DNA of 63,677 nt, counting the filler, from Octopus bimaculoides (Eukaryota): the NCBI RefSeq assembly GCF_001194135.2. It is 4 parts of 4 records of this genome, joined end to end, with 100 filler letters (N's around TTAATTAATTAA, not from the genome) between each part and the next. Parts side by side here need not be neighbours in the genome. Positions count along the whole stretch, not along the records: positions 35,471 to 51,771 come from NC_068996.1; positions 51,872 to 63,677 come from NC_068995.1; 2 more parts are not named here. One strand, given 5' to 3'. Every line of letters begins with the position of its first letter. Within the stretch, counting starts at the first letter, position 1. The notes under the pieces are model-generated. The model was not told the DNA's origin. It ran no database searches and worked only from the letters and a program-made list of their open reading frames with translations. This document shows, one piece after another, positions 51,661 to 63,677 of the stretch. The position numbers were made by a program, and so were the translations under genes.

Positions 51661-51771
51661 GATATATATATAAAATATGTTGATATTTTAATTTTATGTA
51701 TATTTTATGGTGATCATGGCGATAAAATTCCATCGTCAGCATCGTTATTTTATATATATATATATATATAT

Positions 51772-51871
51772 NNNNNNNNNNNNNNNNNNNNNNNNNNNNN
51801 NNNNNNNNNNNNNNNTTAATTAATTAANNNNNNNNNNNNNNNNNNNNNNNNNNNNNNNNNNNNNNNNNNNN
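51772..51871. other. Artificial scaffold-join linker
   Basis: N44-TTAATTAATTAA(51816-51827)-N44. Confidence 0.95.
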
Positions 51872-52339
51872 TATATATATAGGGAGAGAGAGAGACAGAC
51901 AGAGACAGAGAGAGACAGAGACAGAGAGAGACAGAGAGAGACAGAGAGAGACAGAGACAGAGAGAGACAGAGACAGAGTGAGAGAAAGAGGGAGAGACAG
52001 AGACAGAGACAGACAGAGACAGAGACAGAGTGAGAGAAAGAGAGAGACATACATACAATACATACATAGACGCAGGCGTGGCTGTGTGGTAAGAGGTTTG
52101 CTTCCCAACCACATGGTTCCGGGTTCACTCCCACTACATACATACATACATACATACATACATACATACAGATATAAATGAGTACACGATCAGACATATA
52201 TACAGTTATGTGCATTATTGTAGGTGTATTGATATTAATGTGCTTGCAGAATCGGATGAAAGAGTGTATATGTAAATATATGCAAATGCAATGACCTTTA
52301 CATATACACACATGGCAACTGCATAAATAAACCTGAATA

Positions 52340-52849
52340 CATTTCTACATATATGAACGTTTCTTCTTGGAAGCTGCTGAAATTAACTACCGGGAGTGTT
52401 TCTTATATGCAGTTAGTTTTAAATCCTCTTTTAAAATGCTGTGCATTTACTATTTCGAAATATCAAGAGCTTTTGCAATTTTTCTTGCACTCCTGCAAGG
52501 ATTTCGGTTCACTCGCTTCTTCACAGCAGTTTGTTTGGTATGAATTGGTCGTTTCCTACCAGGAATTGTCTTGCTAGAGGTAGCAGCGGATTCCATATAT
52601 CGATTCAAGGTATTGAACAGTTTTACGGCACACATTCAACTGTTTTGATATGTCCTTGTTGCTCACTCCAACTGTTTTCCACGCGAGAATCTGGTCACAT
52701 TTTGCTTTCGACGCCATGTTTGTTCACAAGCCTGTTACAGACGAACGAAACAATAGACGCATAAACAAAAGACATGCAAATCTTTATGTAAAATGGAGAT
52801 ATTTGGGGGGAAGAGTTTAAATATGGGTAAATCTTTTTAGGACACCCTG
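52340..52849 (-). mobile_element. 5' part of a Tc1/mariner transposon with decayed transposase N-terminus
   Basis: TA|CAGGGTGTCC terminus at 52849; ATG at 52717 gives MASKAKCDQILAWKTVGVSNKDISKQLNVCRKTV-(fs)-...IPGRKRPIHTKQTAVKKRVNRNPCRSARKIAKALDISK** (paired HTH with GRPR-like linker). Confidence 0.85.
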
Positions 52850-54059
52850 TAGATATACACACACTCACAATCACACACTCACAATCACACACCTACGAAC
52901 AAAAATTGGCGTCGTATAGAAAGAATCGTTAGAGTGTTGGAAGGAATGCATTGTAGTATTTGTTGCGATTCATTCTCCTATGAGTTCAAATCATGCCGAG
53001 GTCAACTTTGTCTTTCATTTTTTGGTTGAGGGCAATAAAATAGTACCAATCTGGGGCAATGGATTAAAGTGGCGGGCAAGGTGCCTTGCAATATGTTTTC
53101 CTGTTCTTTACTTTCTTAGAGTATCATCTGTAACAACTCTGGTGCAAAGCTATATCGGCCCATGTTGACAGCATTCCCTTCGGTTTTGATGAGGGGTGAT
53201 GTGATTGCATGGATAACTGCTGATCTTTCTTAATCTTGCCCAGGGAGCTGAACTTGTATGCACAGCTGCGTGGTCAACATTAACCGATGGAAGACCTAGA
53301 GAATATACATACACATATGGGCAAGGGGTGTATGTCAATCCTAATCTTTTTTCAACATAAAACACAGTCTCAGTGTAAAATAGACCACGTGGAGCTTAGA
53401 ATGAAGATTGAGCCAAAACTGTTTGTCTTTTGCTAAAGACTGATTCCGTATCACTCATATCTATCTTCTAAGTAGCAGTTTATTACTTTCTCGTAGGAAC
53501 TTAACCTCACAAGTTTATTCATGCCCACTTGAACGTCGATGTTCCTTTAGAACAAACTAACAGAACATCCACATTCAAGTGGGCGTAAATATTACCTCTC
53601 GGTATTAATACTGCCTCTGTCGCTAATATATATCACAGGTTTAGTTCTTCTTGTCATGGCTGAGCAGCTAAGAATATCTATCAGCAATTATATAGTCCTG
53701 GGCTCGATCACACGTGAAAACTTCACCATGTCGCTTTATCGAGTCAACCAAAGTTTTATGAATGAAAATGTATGGAAGGAAACTATATAGAGACTATCAG
53801 AGTGGTTATTCCTATGGTTCAAATTACCAGCCTTGTTGCGTACTGCATCATGGTGATTCTATGGAATATTCAGCCACGTACGCGTTAATTTGATTTAATA
53901 CTGACTGTTCAATAGATCGAATGAGTAAATGTTCATTGTGGAAACCGACGGAGGATTCATCATCGTTAAACATGTGATAGTGTTACACAAGCTTTATTTT
54001 GGCCGTAGCAGTTAGTCTCACATCATCTCCTGATACAAAAATTTGAAACATCGTCTGTT

Positions 54060-54530
54060 TTCTGGTGTTTAACTTAATGATTATACCCTGTCTTTCAACT
54101 TTTACTACGGCAATGCTGCAGCACCACCTTGTAGAGTTTAGTCAAAGACATTTGTCTGTCCCAGTACTTATTTTTAAGTCTGGTACTTATTCTGTAGCAT
54201 GCTTTGCCGGGCCGCTAAGTTACGAGGACGTATACAAACCAACACTGGTTGTCAAGCATTGAAGAGGGAACAAATGCAAAAACAAAGAAACATGCGCACA
54301 CGTGCAGACCACCATCACCACCACTCGTCCACTCACACACGCATATATATAAATGAAGAATATATATATATATATATATATATACGACGTTTCCGTTTAA
54401 CAAATTCACTCACAATGCATTGGTCGGCTGGAGGATTGTGGATGACATTTACCCAAGGTGACGCACGAAACCCGAAACCTCGTGTTTGCAAACCAAACTT
54501 ATTAACCACACAGCCATGCCTGCGCCTATA
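54060..54530 (-). mobile_element. Family B SINE, diverged
   Basis: Recurrent motifs. Confidence 0.7.
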
Positions 54531-55341
54531 TGGTAATGCTTGTACAAGAAATAAGAAAGAATGTTAATCAACGTGAAAAATGAAACAGAAAATAGGTAGA
54601 CGACTGCAAATTAACATCCACAGTTTACAACACCCAGTGTTGCTCACTAACAAAATAATCCTATGAGAACCGACTCAGGTGAGTATCAAATACGGCCGCC
54701 CTTCCGAAATAATGGTCATGATCTTGTTGGAGCAAAAAGATGACACCGTTATTGCCACCACCACCAACAACAACAACAACAGCAACACGACAACGACGAA
54801 GTGGAACTCAAAGCAACATTTCCTGATTACTACTTACTCTTTGCCGAACTCTAACAGTCGTTAGGGAGTTTTTTACATTGTTGATCGTTGCCGCTCTGCT
54901 ATCCTAACATCATAGTCTACAAATATATTCTGAATAAGCAAGTAATTATCTACTTGCATTATTCTACATTCCAGCTAAATAATTCGGCCAATTCATTGAG
55001 ATACATAGAAANNNNNNNNNNNNNNNNNNNNNNNNNNNNNNNNNNNNNNNNNNNNNNNNNNNNNNNNNNNNNNNNNNNNNNNNNNNNNNNNNNNNNNNNN
55101 NNNNNNNNNNNNNNNNNNNNNNNNNNNNNNNNNNNNNNNNNNNNNNNNNNNNNNNNNNNNNNNNNNNNNNNNNNNNNNNNNNNNNNNNNNNNNNNNNNNN
55201 NNNNNNNNNNNNNNNNNNNNNNNNNNNNNNNNNNNNNNNNNNNNNNNNNNNNNNNNNNNNNNNNNNNNNNNNNNNNNNNNNNNNNNNNNNNNNNNNNNNN
55301 NNNNNNNNNNNNNNNNNNNNNNNNNNNNNNNNNNNNNNNNN

Positions 55342-55371
<30 letters not shown>

Positions 55372-55376
<5 letters not shown>

Positions 55377-55570
55377 CATACATACAGACATACATACATA
55401 TATACGACGGGCTTCTTTCAGTTTCCGTCTACCAAATCCACTCACAAGGCTTTGGTCGGCCCGAGGCTATAGTAGAAGACACTTGCCCAAGATGCCACGC
55501 AGTGGGACTGAAACCGGAACCATGTGGTTGGTAAGCAAACTACTTACCACACAGCCACTCCTACGCCTAT
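55372..55570 (-). mobile_element. Family B SINE 5' half, young, abutting an N gap
   Basis: CpG retained; recurrent head. Confidence 0.8.
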
Positions 55571-55839
55571 ATTGCGCGGATTCAATAATGATACGTCATT
55601 AAAATTTTAATGATAAGCTGCAGTCTTCGGTGGAGTGGTTTACTACCAGTCTTCTGCAAGAAAAGCTCATTAGAGGCTGAGTTGCCCACAATTTAAGTCT
55701 CTTTCTCTGCTTCTCTTCTTTATAGTAATCAATTCACTTCCCTTTCGTCACTTTGAAGCTGCTAACAAATGATATTTCATTAGTGTGTGTATTTTTGTCT
55801 ACCCAGGTAGGCATCCTTTATTTTAGATAGAGTCTAAAA

Positions 55840-56096
55840 CAGTGGTTCGCAACTGGAGCTCAGACGACCCTTGGGGGTCCATATAAGATTTTGTTGAAAT
55901 TTATGTACAATAAATTGGTTATATTTCTACAATACATAAAATATTTAAGCATGTTTTGTTCATGTCCTAATGATTTTTAATCATAAAAATATAATAGGAA
56001 TTTTTGGATATCAAATGGCTATGAGGCCCTACCTTCTTGAGCAAAATAGGAATCAAAAGGGTCCATAGGCACGAAAAAAAAGGTTGAGAGCCACTG
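55840..56096. mobile_element. hAT (Charlie-like) MITE
   Basis: TIRs CAGTGGTTCGCAAC / GTTGAGAGCCACTG; perfect 8-bp TSD GTCTAAAA (55832-55839, 56097-56104) resembling the Charlie NTCTAGAN target. Confidence 0.9.
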
Positions 56097-57069
56097 GTCT
56101 AAAAGAATCTAACCATACTCACTAATAGCGCGATTGCTTTTAAACGACTGACATTGAAAACGTGGGAATTTCTATGCAGATTCAACCTACAATAAATAAC
56201 AACCAATTTCCCTCAAATGGCATCCTCTCGTCTTAAAAACATTTTTAAAAATGCATCATGTAATGTAATATAGGTTAAAATATACTTCATAAAGAGGCGT
56301 GACAGTCACGACTGGAATACCATTGATCATGGGTTGTTCTATGAGGGCAGACCCCAGCCTGAGCAATAAGTACAAGTTTAGAAATACGAGACATTCGAAG
56401 CAACTAACAAATATTTAAAACCTTATACAAGCTCATATAATCGATATTGTATAAATCCAGAAACTAGACAAAGTAATTATTGTAAAACAGGGTTAGCATT
56501 TTATTTTGTTGCTTATTTATTTATTTTTTTCTTTCGGTTAAAACTTACTTCAGGCTACCGACAGATATTATTTATTTTGCATATACATTAAGGACGCTGA
56601 GAATCTCAAACTGCCAATTACATCATTTTTAGTTTCTTTAACAAAAAAATGACAGCAGACGGAATAAAACCCAGACTTAAGCAATTTTTTTTTAATATAC
56701 CCTGAATTTTTTTTTAAATATTCTATAAATTATTTTTATCATATAGAAATATATTTTATAAGTGTTTATATACGAATATATGAGTTTTAGCTACTTGTGT
56801 AGTTGATTATACAACGTAACACGTATACACACTCGTATACAGACAAATAATGTATACATGTATATCTGTGTGTGGCGGGTTATTTACAAGTGTATAAGTC
56901 TATGAATGCAAATATATGTGAAGGAATATTTTATATTCGTAGTATAAACAACACAGGTACATATTTTCAAAAAGTGAAATCATTATATATCATGTCCACA
57001 AAAGAGCAGATAAGTAGCTATATGTGTGCGTGCGCGCGTGTGTGTACACAGATAGATAGATAGACAAAA

Positions 57070-57150
<81 letters not shown>

Positions 57151-57250
57151 CATGTTTGCATATTCATATATATACTTATATATACATACATATATATATA
57201 TATATAAATATGTATGCATCTATGTACTTATGTACATATATATATATATA

Positions 57251-57375
57251 TTTCTGTTGAAGAGCATAGGCTCGAAACGTAAAAGACTTTCTCACCTTCC
57301 CGAACGTTAAACTAATACACCTGTTTATTCTTTATACACCTGTCTTCGCCTTTTGTTTTTTTGTAAATTCCAACT
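57251..57375 (+). mobile_element. Second copy of the hammerhead-bearing terminal repeat, core mutated
   Basis: TTT-CTGTTGA-A-GAGC-ATAG-GCTC-GAAAC-GTA-AAAG, then the same downstream sequence as 46090-46183. Confidence 0.7.
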
Positions 57376-57648
57376 ATATATATATGTATGTATATATGTA
57401 TATATACACAGATAGCTGCGTAAACCTCATAACACGTGAAGCCATTTTAAAGGATGTTTTTCAGCTATTTGTTATGAGTATACCTCTCTACAGTTATTGG
57501 TTCTGTGCCAGGAAGTATTACGGTTGCATTATATATTATTCATAAGTATTGTATATATGGTCAAATCTCAAGGTTCGTAAGTCACATTTATAGCTTCTCG
57601 CTTAATAAATATATGTATTCCTCTTTATGAATTAATTTCTATAGTATC

Positions 57649-57815
57649 CAGACCCGTCTTAGCAGCATTACAGGCCACCGGATAAATCAAATCATTCGGC
57701 CTATATTATTTATATATTGTCACTACACCACACCAAACATAGAAAAGAATCGAGTTCCTACACCCATAGGTCCCCCGGACAATTGCCCGACGTGCCCATA
57801 CCTAGGACGATCCTG
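57649..57815. mobile_element. hAT-type MITE
   Basis: CAGACCCGTCTTAG / CTAGGACGATCCTG ends; TSD ATAGTATC / ATAGTACC. Confidence 0.7.
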
Positions 57816-57856
57816 ATAGTACCTGTTTAAAATATATATATATATATATATATATA

Positions 57857-58262
57857 TAGGTGCAGGAGTGGCTGTATGATAAGCAGCTTGCTTCCCAGCC
57901 ATAGGATTCTGGGTTCAGTCCCATTGCGTGGCACTTTGGGCAAGTGTCTTCTACTATACCTTCAGGACGACCAAACCCTTGTGAGTGGATTTGGTAGACG
58001 GAAACTGATAGAAACCCGTCGTATATGTATGTGTGCGTGTCTTTGTGTCTATGTTTGGTCAATACCACCTCTTAACAACCGGTGCTGGTCTCTTTACGTC
58101 CCCGTAACTTAGCGGTTCTGTAAAAGAAACCGAGAGAATAAGTATCGGGCTTGAAAAAAGTAAGTACTGGGGTCGATTCATTCGACTAAAAAATTCAGGG
58201 CGGTGCCCCAGCATGACCGCAGTCTAATGACTGAAGGAAATAACAGAAGATAAAAGAAGATA
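57857..58262 (+). mobile_element. Full-length family B SINE
   Basis: Head, internal microsatellite and tail all present. Confidence 0.85.
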
Positions 58263-59019
58263 AAAGAAGATAGTGTACCCAAACCTTTTGGTAACGTGTC
58301 GTACCTTCCTTCCTACTTTTACTTCCCTGCTTGGTGAATCCTTCCGATTGAAGCCAATACAGCTTCAGGATGGAGAAACAAACATAGAATTCTGCCTCAA
58401 AAAGGTATCCACGCCAGGTAAGCAAAAGTTTCTTGAACTGATGCTGCAGAAGACTAGTATGCTAATACATTGGATGAGACAAGTAGCTTCCTTCACGATA
58501 GAAGGAATGCAGACTGTTCTGATAACCTGATGGGCCTCGGGGATATACGATCTGCACTCATACAGAAACCCACTCCGAGTGGGAACTGATGGAGTATTTA
58601 ATTTAAAATATTCCAGAACCAGTTCTAACAGGATATTCGGATATTTGTACTAGATGGGAAGAAATCGGACTAGCTACACGTTTTATTTTTTGTTTTACTT
58701 TTTGTTTTTCTTTTCGGAAAAGACAAGGAATACGTATACTATGGATTCCTGAGTTAGAACGAACTTACTGCCAGGAAATTATATAAAAACTATGATCTGC
58801 TCCAACATCTTTATATCTATTAATGATCAGGTGTACGCTTTAGTAAATAAGTTTAAGCTAGATGATAGCATGGAGTCGTACAATCCCAGGAACCCCATGT
58901 ACTTCTTAAGGACTATGAGCCTGATTGCTCGTGAGGCCTTCCTTAAGATTGATTAACCCCTTTATGCCAGACATAGGCCATCTTAGCAAGAAGATTTTAG
59001 TCATTCCTTTAGGCATTAT

Positions 59020-59189
59020 CTTTTATCTTTTACTTGTTTCAGTCATTTAACTGCAGCCATGCTGAGGCGTCGCCTTGAAGAATTTTTAATCGAATGAATC
59101 GACTCCAGTACTTATTATATCGGTCCCCTTTGGCGAACCGTTAAGTTACGGGGGCGTAAACACACCAACACCGTAAACACACACGCACG

Positions 59190-59224
<35 letters not shown>

Positions 59225-59385
59225 GACAGGCTTCTTTCAGTTTCCATCTGCCAAATCCATTCATAAGGCTATGGTCGGTTCAAGGCTACAGTAAAAATAC
59301 ATTCCCAAGATGCCACACAGTGGGACTGCACCCGGAACCACGTGGTTGGGAAACAAGCTTCTTACTACACAGCCACGTCTGCGAC
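59020..59385 (-). mobile_element. Family B SINE
   Basis: Recurrent motifs. Confidence 0.8.
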
Positions 59386-60743
59386 TTCCATGCCTTTCTC
59401 AAGGCAATAAACTTTTTTTTAATGAGATTGTGTGATATGTGTGCCTATCTCAAGTGAAGTGGAGTGGCTAGAGCCAAGAATCGAAAGCGATTCCTACCTG
59501 TCGGAAAGTATTTACTAATAGCATCTATCTTTGTATTGACTAAGCTCGCTCTTGCTCCACTTCAGTAACCAACCAATATTTTCAGCTAAAATACTGTCTA
59601 AAAAATAAACAATGTCCTTTCTTTTCTTTTTCCTTTTTTTTTTAGGTTTTGTGGCTACCAATACATGTATTTTAGACAATGAGAAAAGTGTAATCGCTAT
59701 ACCATTCGGGTGACAGTGTAAGAAAAAAATTGAAGAGGTTTTGGATGAAAATCGAAACCTAGTCGTAGCACACCTCGTGGGTAGCATAATCTTTGCTCTC
59801 TAGAAACATTCAATATTATCGGGCTGAAGTCCAATAAAGAAACACCAGTAATGTACTTGAGTCGATTAAATCGATACGCGCCCGCCTACAAATCTTTGAC
59901 CTTGTACTAAAGTTAGAATTCAATTTGATAATAATAGTTACGTGGAGGCACATTGCCAAATTTTATCGAGAAGCAGATGAATTCTCCTTAACAACTCTAA
60001 ATAATAATATAAAAATAAAAATTCTACTCTAAAACCAGCTGTCACAGAGGGGTTCTCTTCCACTAAAAGTCTGGGTCAAAGATATGAAGAAATTTCTTAT
60101 AAATAATTCTAATTGCAATAAACCAAAATCAATGTAAACGTTTTCATTTCACGGAGTGCAAGAACTAATAAAATAAATCAATTAAATTATTTAATAAATG
60201 ATACAATGATATTACAATGTCTTGTAACTTAGAGGTTCGATATACAGAGTACCATAAAATAAGTTGGAGGCTGAAATAAGTACTTGGTCAATAGTATCGA
60301 CTAAACAACTTGAAGGCCGTGTTCTAACATGGCCGCAATCTAAAACAACTAAAAACCAATAAAAGAATGAAAAAATACTACGGTTTTTCTTTACTGAAAT
60401 TGTTAAAAGATGTATGTCTCGGTGTGGTTGACATAGAGTGTTGGTAATCTGAGTTTGAACCATTGCTTCATTTATTAGTTTAACCATTACATTTCACCAG
60501 TATACCAGACGGCGTCCTGAGCTTGACGAGAGTGATGGCGCCATCTGGAGTCTTGCCCTTGACTCAGTCTTTAATATGAAACGTAACAGTGTTTTTATCA
60601 CTTGAGTAAATGTGTGAGCAGATTTTGTTGCTGTTTAGTGCGGGAATGAAATTTGCTGAGGAGGCGAAATCCCAGGTCCAGTTTCTGTTACAAGCAAGGT
60701 CGATTTTTTAAAATCTTAATATCAAAAGAAGCACAGGTATAAC

Positions 60744-60782
<39 letters not shown>

Positions 60783-60786
<4 letters not shown>

Positions 60787-60992
60787 TCTACTACAGGCAC
60801 AAGGCGTAAAATTTTGTAGGAGTTAGGTTGATTACATCGACCCCAGTACTCCACTGGTACTTAATTTATCGACCCCGAAAGGAGGAAAGGCAAAGTCTAC
60901 CCCAGTGGAATTTGAACTCAGAACGTAAAAACGAGCGAAACACCGCTAAGTATTTTGCCCGGCGTGCATTATTATGCCAGCTTACCGCCTTA
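60783..60992 (-). mobile_element. Family A SINE flanked by (AAT)n
   Basis: Family A motifs; microsatellite on both sides. Confidence 0.8.
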
Positions 60993-61013
60993 ATAATGAT
61001 AATAATAATAATA

Positions 61014-61066
<53 letters not shown>

Positions 61067-61094
61067 TACTACTACTACTACTACTACTATTTTG

Positions 61095-62390
61095 GTTTGG
61101 CTCAGGTTCAGTCTTATTCCTGGTAGGATTTATGTGCGTAGCGGGTTACTCCTGTTCCTAAGAGACAAACTTTCTGTAGGAGCTCTACTGAGCATTTTAT
61201 TCCAATTTCCTTCAGCCATTTGTCTATAACTTTGCTTACTGTTCCCAACGCACCAATTATTATAGGCACAACCTTTACTGCTTCCATGCTCCAAATTATC
61301 AAAGGATTGCATTTCTTTCTTTTTGTTTTTCGCCCTCTTTCTGTACGATCTTGGAATCAAACGGGCATGATGGGTCGATCAGTAAGCAGCTAATTGTTAT
61401 GTCCAGTCTATTATTTTCTAACTTCTTATCCGTTTGAAAAAGAAAGTCACACAAAATCTTACATTTTTCCAACTCCAGTACTCTTTCGCTTCGGTGATTG
61501 TATCATGCTTCCAGCTTCAAATCCCCATTTCTGGTACAGTTTCCAGTTTAAAACTTTTACAACCTGGTCGTGCCTCCATTTATTATACTCTTCTTGTGCC
61601 GACTTTGGCCATTCTGCCACAATGTGTGCTTACTGTCTCGTTCAAACTTCCACAGGCTCTACATTTTTCTGACACGTTCTTTCTATATATTTTTTTTTCT
61701 CTCAAGCTATTTGCATCGCTTGATCTTGGGCTGCTACAATTAGGCTCTTTGTTTCTTTTTTTAATTGCCCCTTTTTTAATGAAGGCCAGAATTTTGTTCC
61801 AAATACGTCTTCAGTGGCTCTTTGAAATTGGCCATGCAAGGGTTTCTCTTCAATCTGTCTGGCGTGCTCTCTTTTTATTTCATTCTTGTCCTTTTCTCCT
61901 ACTACGAGATTGATCACTTGTTATTTATTTACTGTCTTTAATAGTTTTTCTGTGCTGCTCTGTAAATACTCTACTTGGCTTTTTCTTTTCATCAGTACCC
62001 ATTTTTCTACTGCTATTAAACCTCTTCCACCCTGGCCTCTCTTCAAGTACAGCCTGTTGATATCGGCTTTCGGATGGTGTGCTCCATACATTGTCAACCA
62101 CTTTCTAGTTTTTCTATCAAGTTTCTTAATATCCATAATTCCAACTCCATATCTGATTAAGAGCACTGCTCTTGAATTTATTGCTTCAATAAGATTGTTT
62201 GAATTAAGCTTTGGCTGCAATAATGTTCTTACTCTCCTTGTGTACTCCCTTGTGGTCATTTGTTTAATTTCTTCATTTTGTCTACTTCCAGTGCTTATAC
62301 CACTGTCCTTTTCCATTCGTTCGCATTGTTTGCCCATTTGGCATTTCAATCCTATGGCTTCTTTCAAACCTTTCTCTATTGTTATTATGA
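61095..62390 (-). mobile_element. 5'-truncated, frameshifted R4/Dong LINE (RT C-terminus, zinc knuckle, RLE)
   Basis: KLNSNNLIEAINSRAV...LDRKTRKWLTMYGAHHPKADINRLYLKRGQGGRGL; KPLHGQF...KKGQLKKETKSLIVAAQDQA; VKVVPIIIGALGTVSK...LLQKVCLLGT; ends at (TAG)n(TAA)n. Confidence 0.9.
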
Positions 62391-62677
62391 TATTTGTGCA
62401 TGAATCAAATAGTGGAAAAGTAATGCTTCAAATCAGTCAAAAAATGTTTCTACGCTCGTTCGTTTTCGCAATTTTATTCTTCAGAAGGATGTTCAAAGCG
62501 TTTTCATTGCTCCCAAATAATTTTAGGGGGTATGCTTGCACCCTATGCACCCCCTATTCCTGAACCTATGTTTATCCCCACATTCCTCCTTGACAGTTTC
62601 TGAAAGTAAAAGACTCACGCGTCATTTGTTTTCAGACCTGTTCTATCCTTTTTTTTAAATTATAGGGATCGATAGGA

Positions 62678-62890
62678 CGGTGAGCTGGCAGACTCGTTAG
62701 TCCACTGGGCGAATTGCTTAGCGACATTTCGTCTGTTTTTACGTTCTGAGTTCAAATTTCTCTGAGGTCGACTTTGCCTTTCATCCTTTCGACATCGATA
62801 AAATAAATAACAGCTGAACATTGGGGCCAATGCAATCGACTTATGCCCTCATTCGAACTTTCTGGTCTAGTGCCAAAAGTTGAAACCAAG
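62678..62890 (+). mobile_element. Family A SINE
   Basis: Family A motifs. Confidence 0.8.
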
Positions 62891-63344
62891 ATTATAGAAA
62901 ATGATATGAGACAGATGTTTCTACAAAATTAAACGATTAATCATGGAAACAATAATATTTTCTAATATAGCACAAGATCAGAATTTTGGTGAGAAGAAAA
63001 CGGTTGATTATATTGTGTTCAGTATTATGAGATTTAAATTCAGAAAGTAAAAAGTTGAAACAAATACTGCAAGGTGTTTTGTCCAACACCTTAACGATTG
63101 TACTAATCCAGCAACTTAAAGAGTCATCATAACACAGCACAATGCTACTAATAGACACATAGTTCAAATGATCACAAAAAGAACACTACCCGACAAGTTT
63201 CGCTAATACATATTAACATACTACTGGCAACGCCAATGGTAGGTTCGGGAATAAGGGGTGCAGAGGGTGCAAGCGTACCCCCTAAAATTATAAAGTTGCT
63301 GCGATATCATCATGCAGAAGATAAGAACCTGAAATTTTAGAATG

Positions 63345-63560
63345 ATTGGTTTCAAATTTTTGCACAAGGCCAGCAATTTCGGATGAGAAATAAGTCGATT
63401 ACATCTACTCCAGTGCGCAACTGGTACTTATTTTATCGATCCCGACAGGTATGAAAGGCAAAGTTGACCTCTGCGGAATTTGAACTCAGAATGTAAGATG
63501 GACGAAATACTGCTAAGTATTTTGCCCGGCAAGCAAACGGCCCTACCAGCCCACCACTTT
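63345..63560 (-). mobile_element. Family A SINE
   Basis: Family A motifs. Confidence 0.8.
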
Positions 63561-63677
63561 TGTCAGTCCAAAAATATTGAGGATAAATTTGAGTATTCCC
63601 ATTGTCACAAGAGGAAAAAGCCAGGTCAGTTCCGCTTCAACTTTATTCGATTGTCAAAGAATATGTATAAGAATATG

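Noticed and set aside
58367-58418. Possible small exon (cag|GATGG...CCAG|gtaagc)
   Set aside because: Good splice dinucleotides but no recognisable peptide in any frame and not the expected RING sequence.
62522-63290. Single MITE bounded by inverted repeats at 62522-62568 and 63238-63286
   Set aside because: The termini face outward, so they are ends of two separate elements rather than TIRs of the intervening DNA.

Overview
AT-rich eukaryotic genomic DNA, dominated by microsatellites, tRNA-derived SINEs, LINE remnants and MITEs. The repeat complement matches what I recall of Octopus genomes; this is inference, no search was run. The only recognisable host gene is two internal coding exons (28456-28703 and 33503-33574, + strand) of a goliath/RNF130/RNF150-type PA-TM-RING E3 ubiquitin ligase. 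Its first exon and its RING exon were not found. The window is four assembly pieces joined by three artificial 100-bp N44-TTAATTAATTAA-N44 linkers, and CpG frequency appears to rise abruptly at the second linker. Highlights: (1) minimal hammerhead-ribozyme motifs in two short-retroelement families, one a tRNA-headed SINE present as a head-to-head ~500-bp palindrome, and one motif with an apparently intact core at 46184-46219 (-); (2) a fold-back DNA-transposon family with 8-bp TSDs carrying inverted telomeric (TTAGGG)n arrays and CCAAT+CRE-like motifs; (3) several codons in the conserved E3-ligase exons that differ from the family consensus by a single A-for-G change, making them candidate restorative A-to-I recoding sites; (4) R4/Dong LINE remnants sitting in (TAA)n microsatellites. 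Most ORFs in the supplied track are microsatellite, N-gap or repeat artefacts. Repeat boundaries are approximate unless a TSD is quoted.
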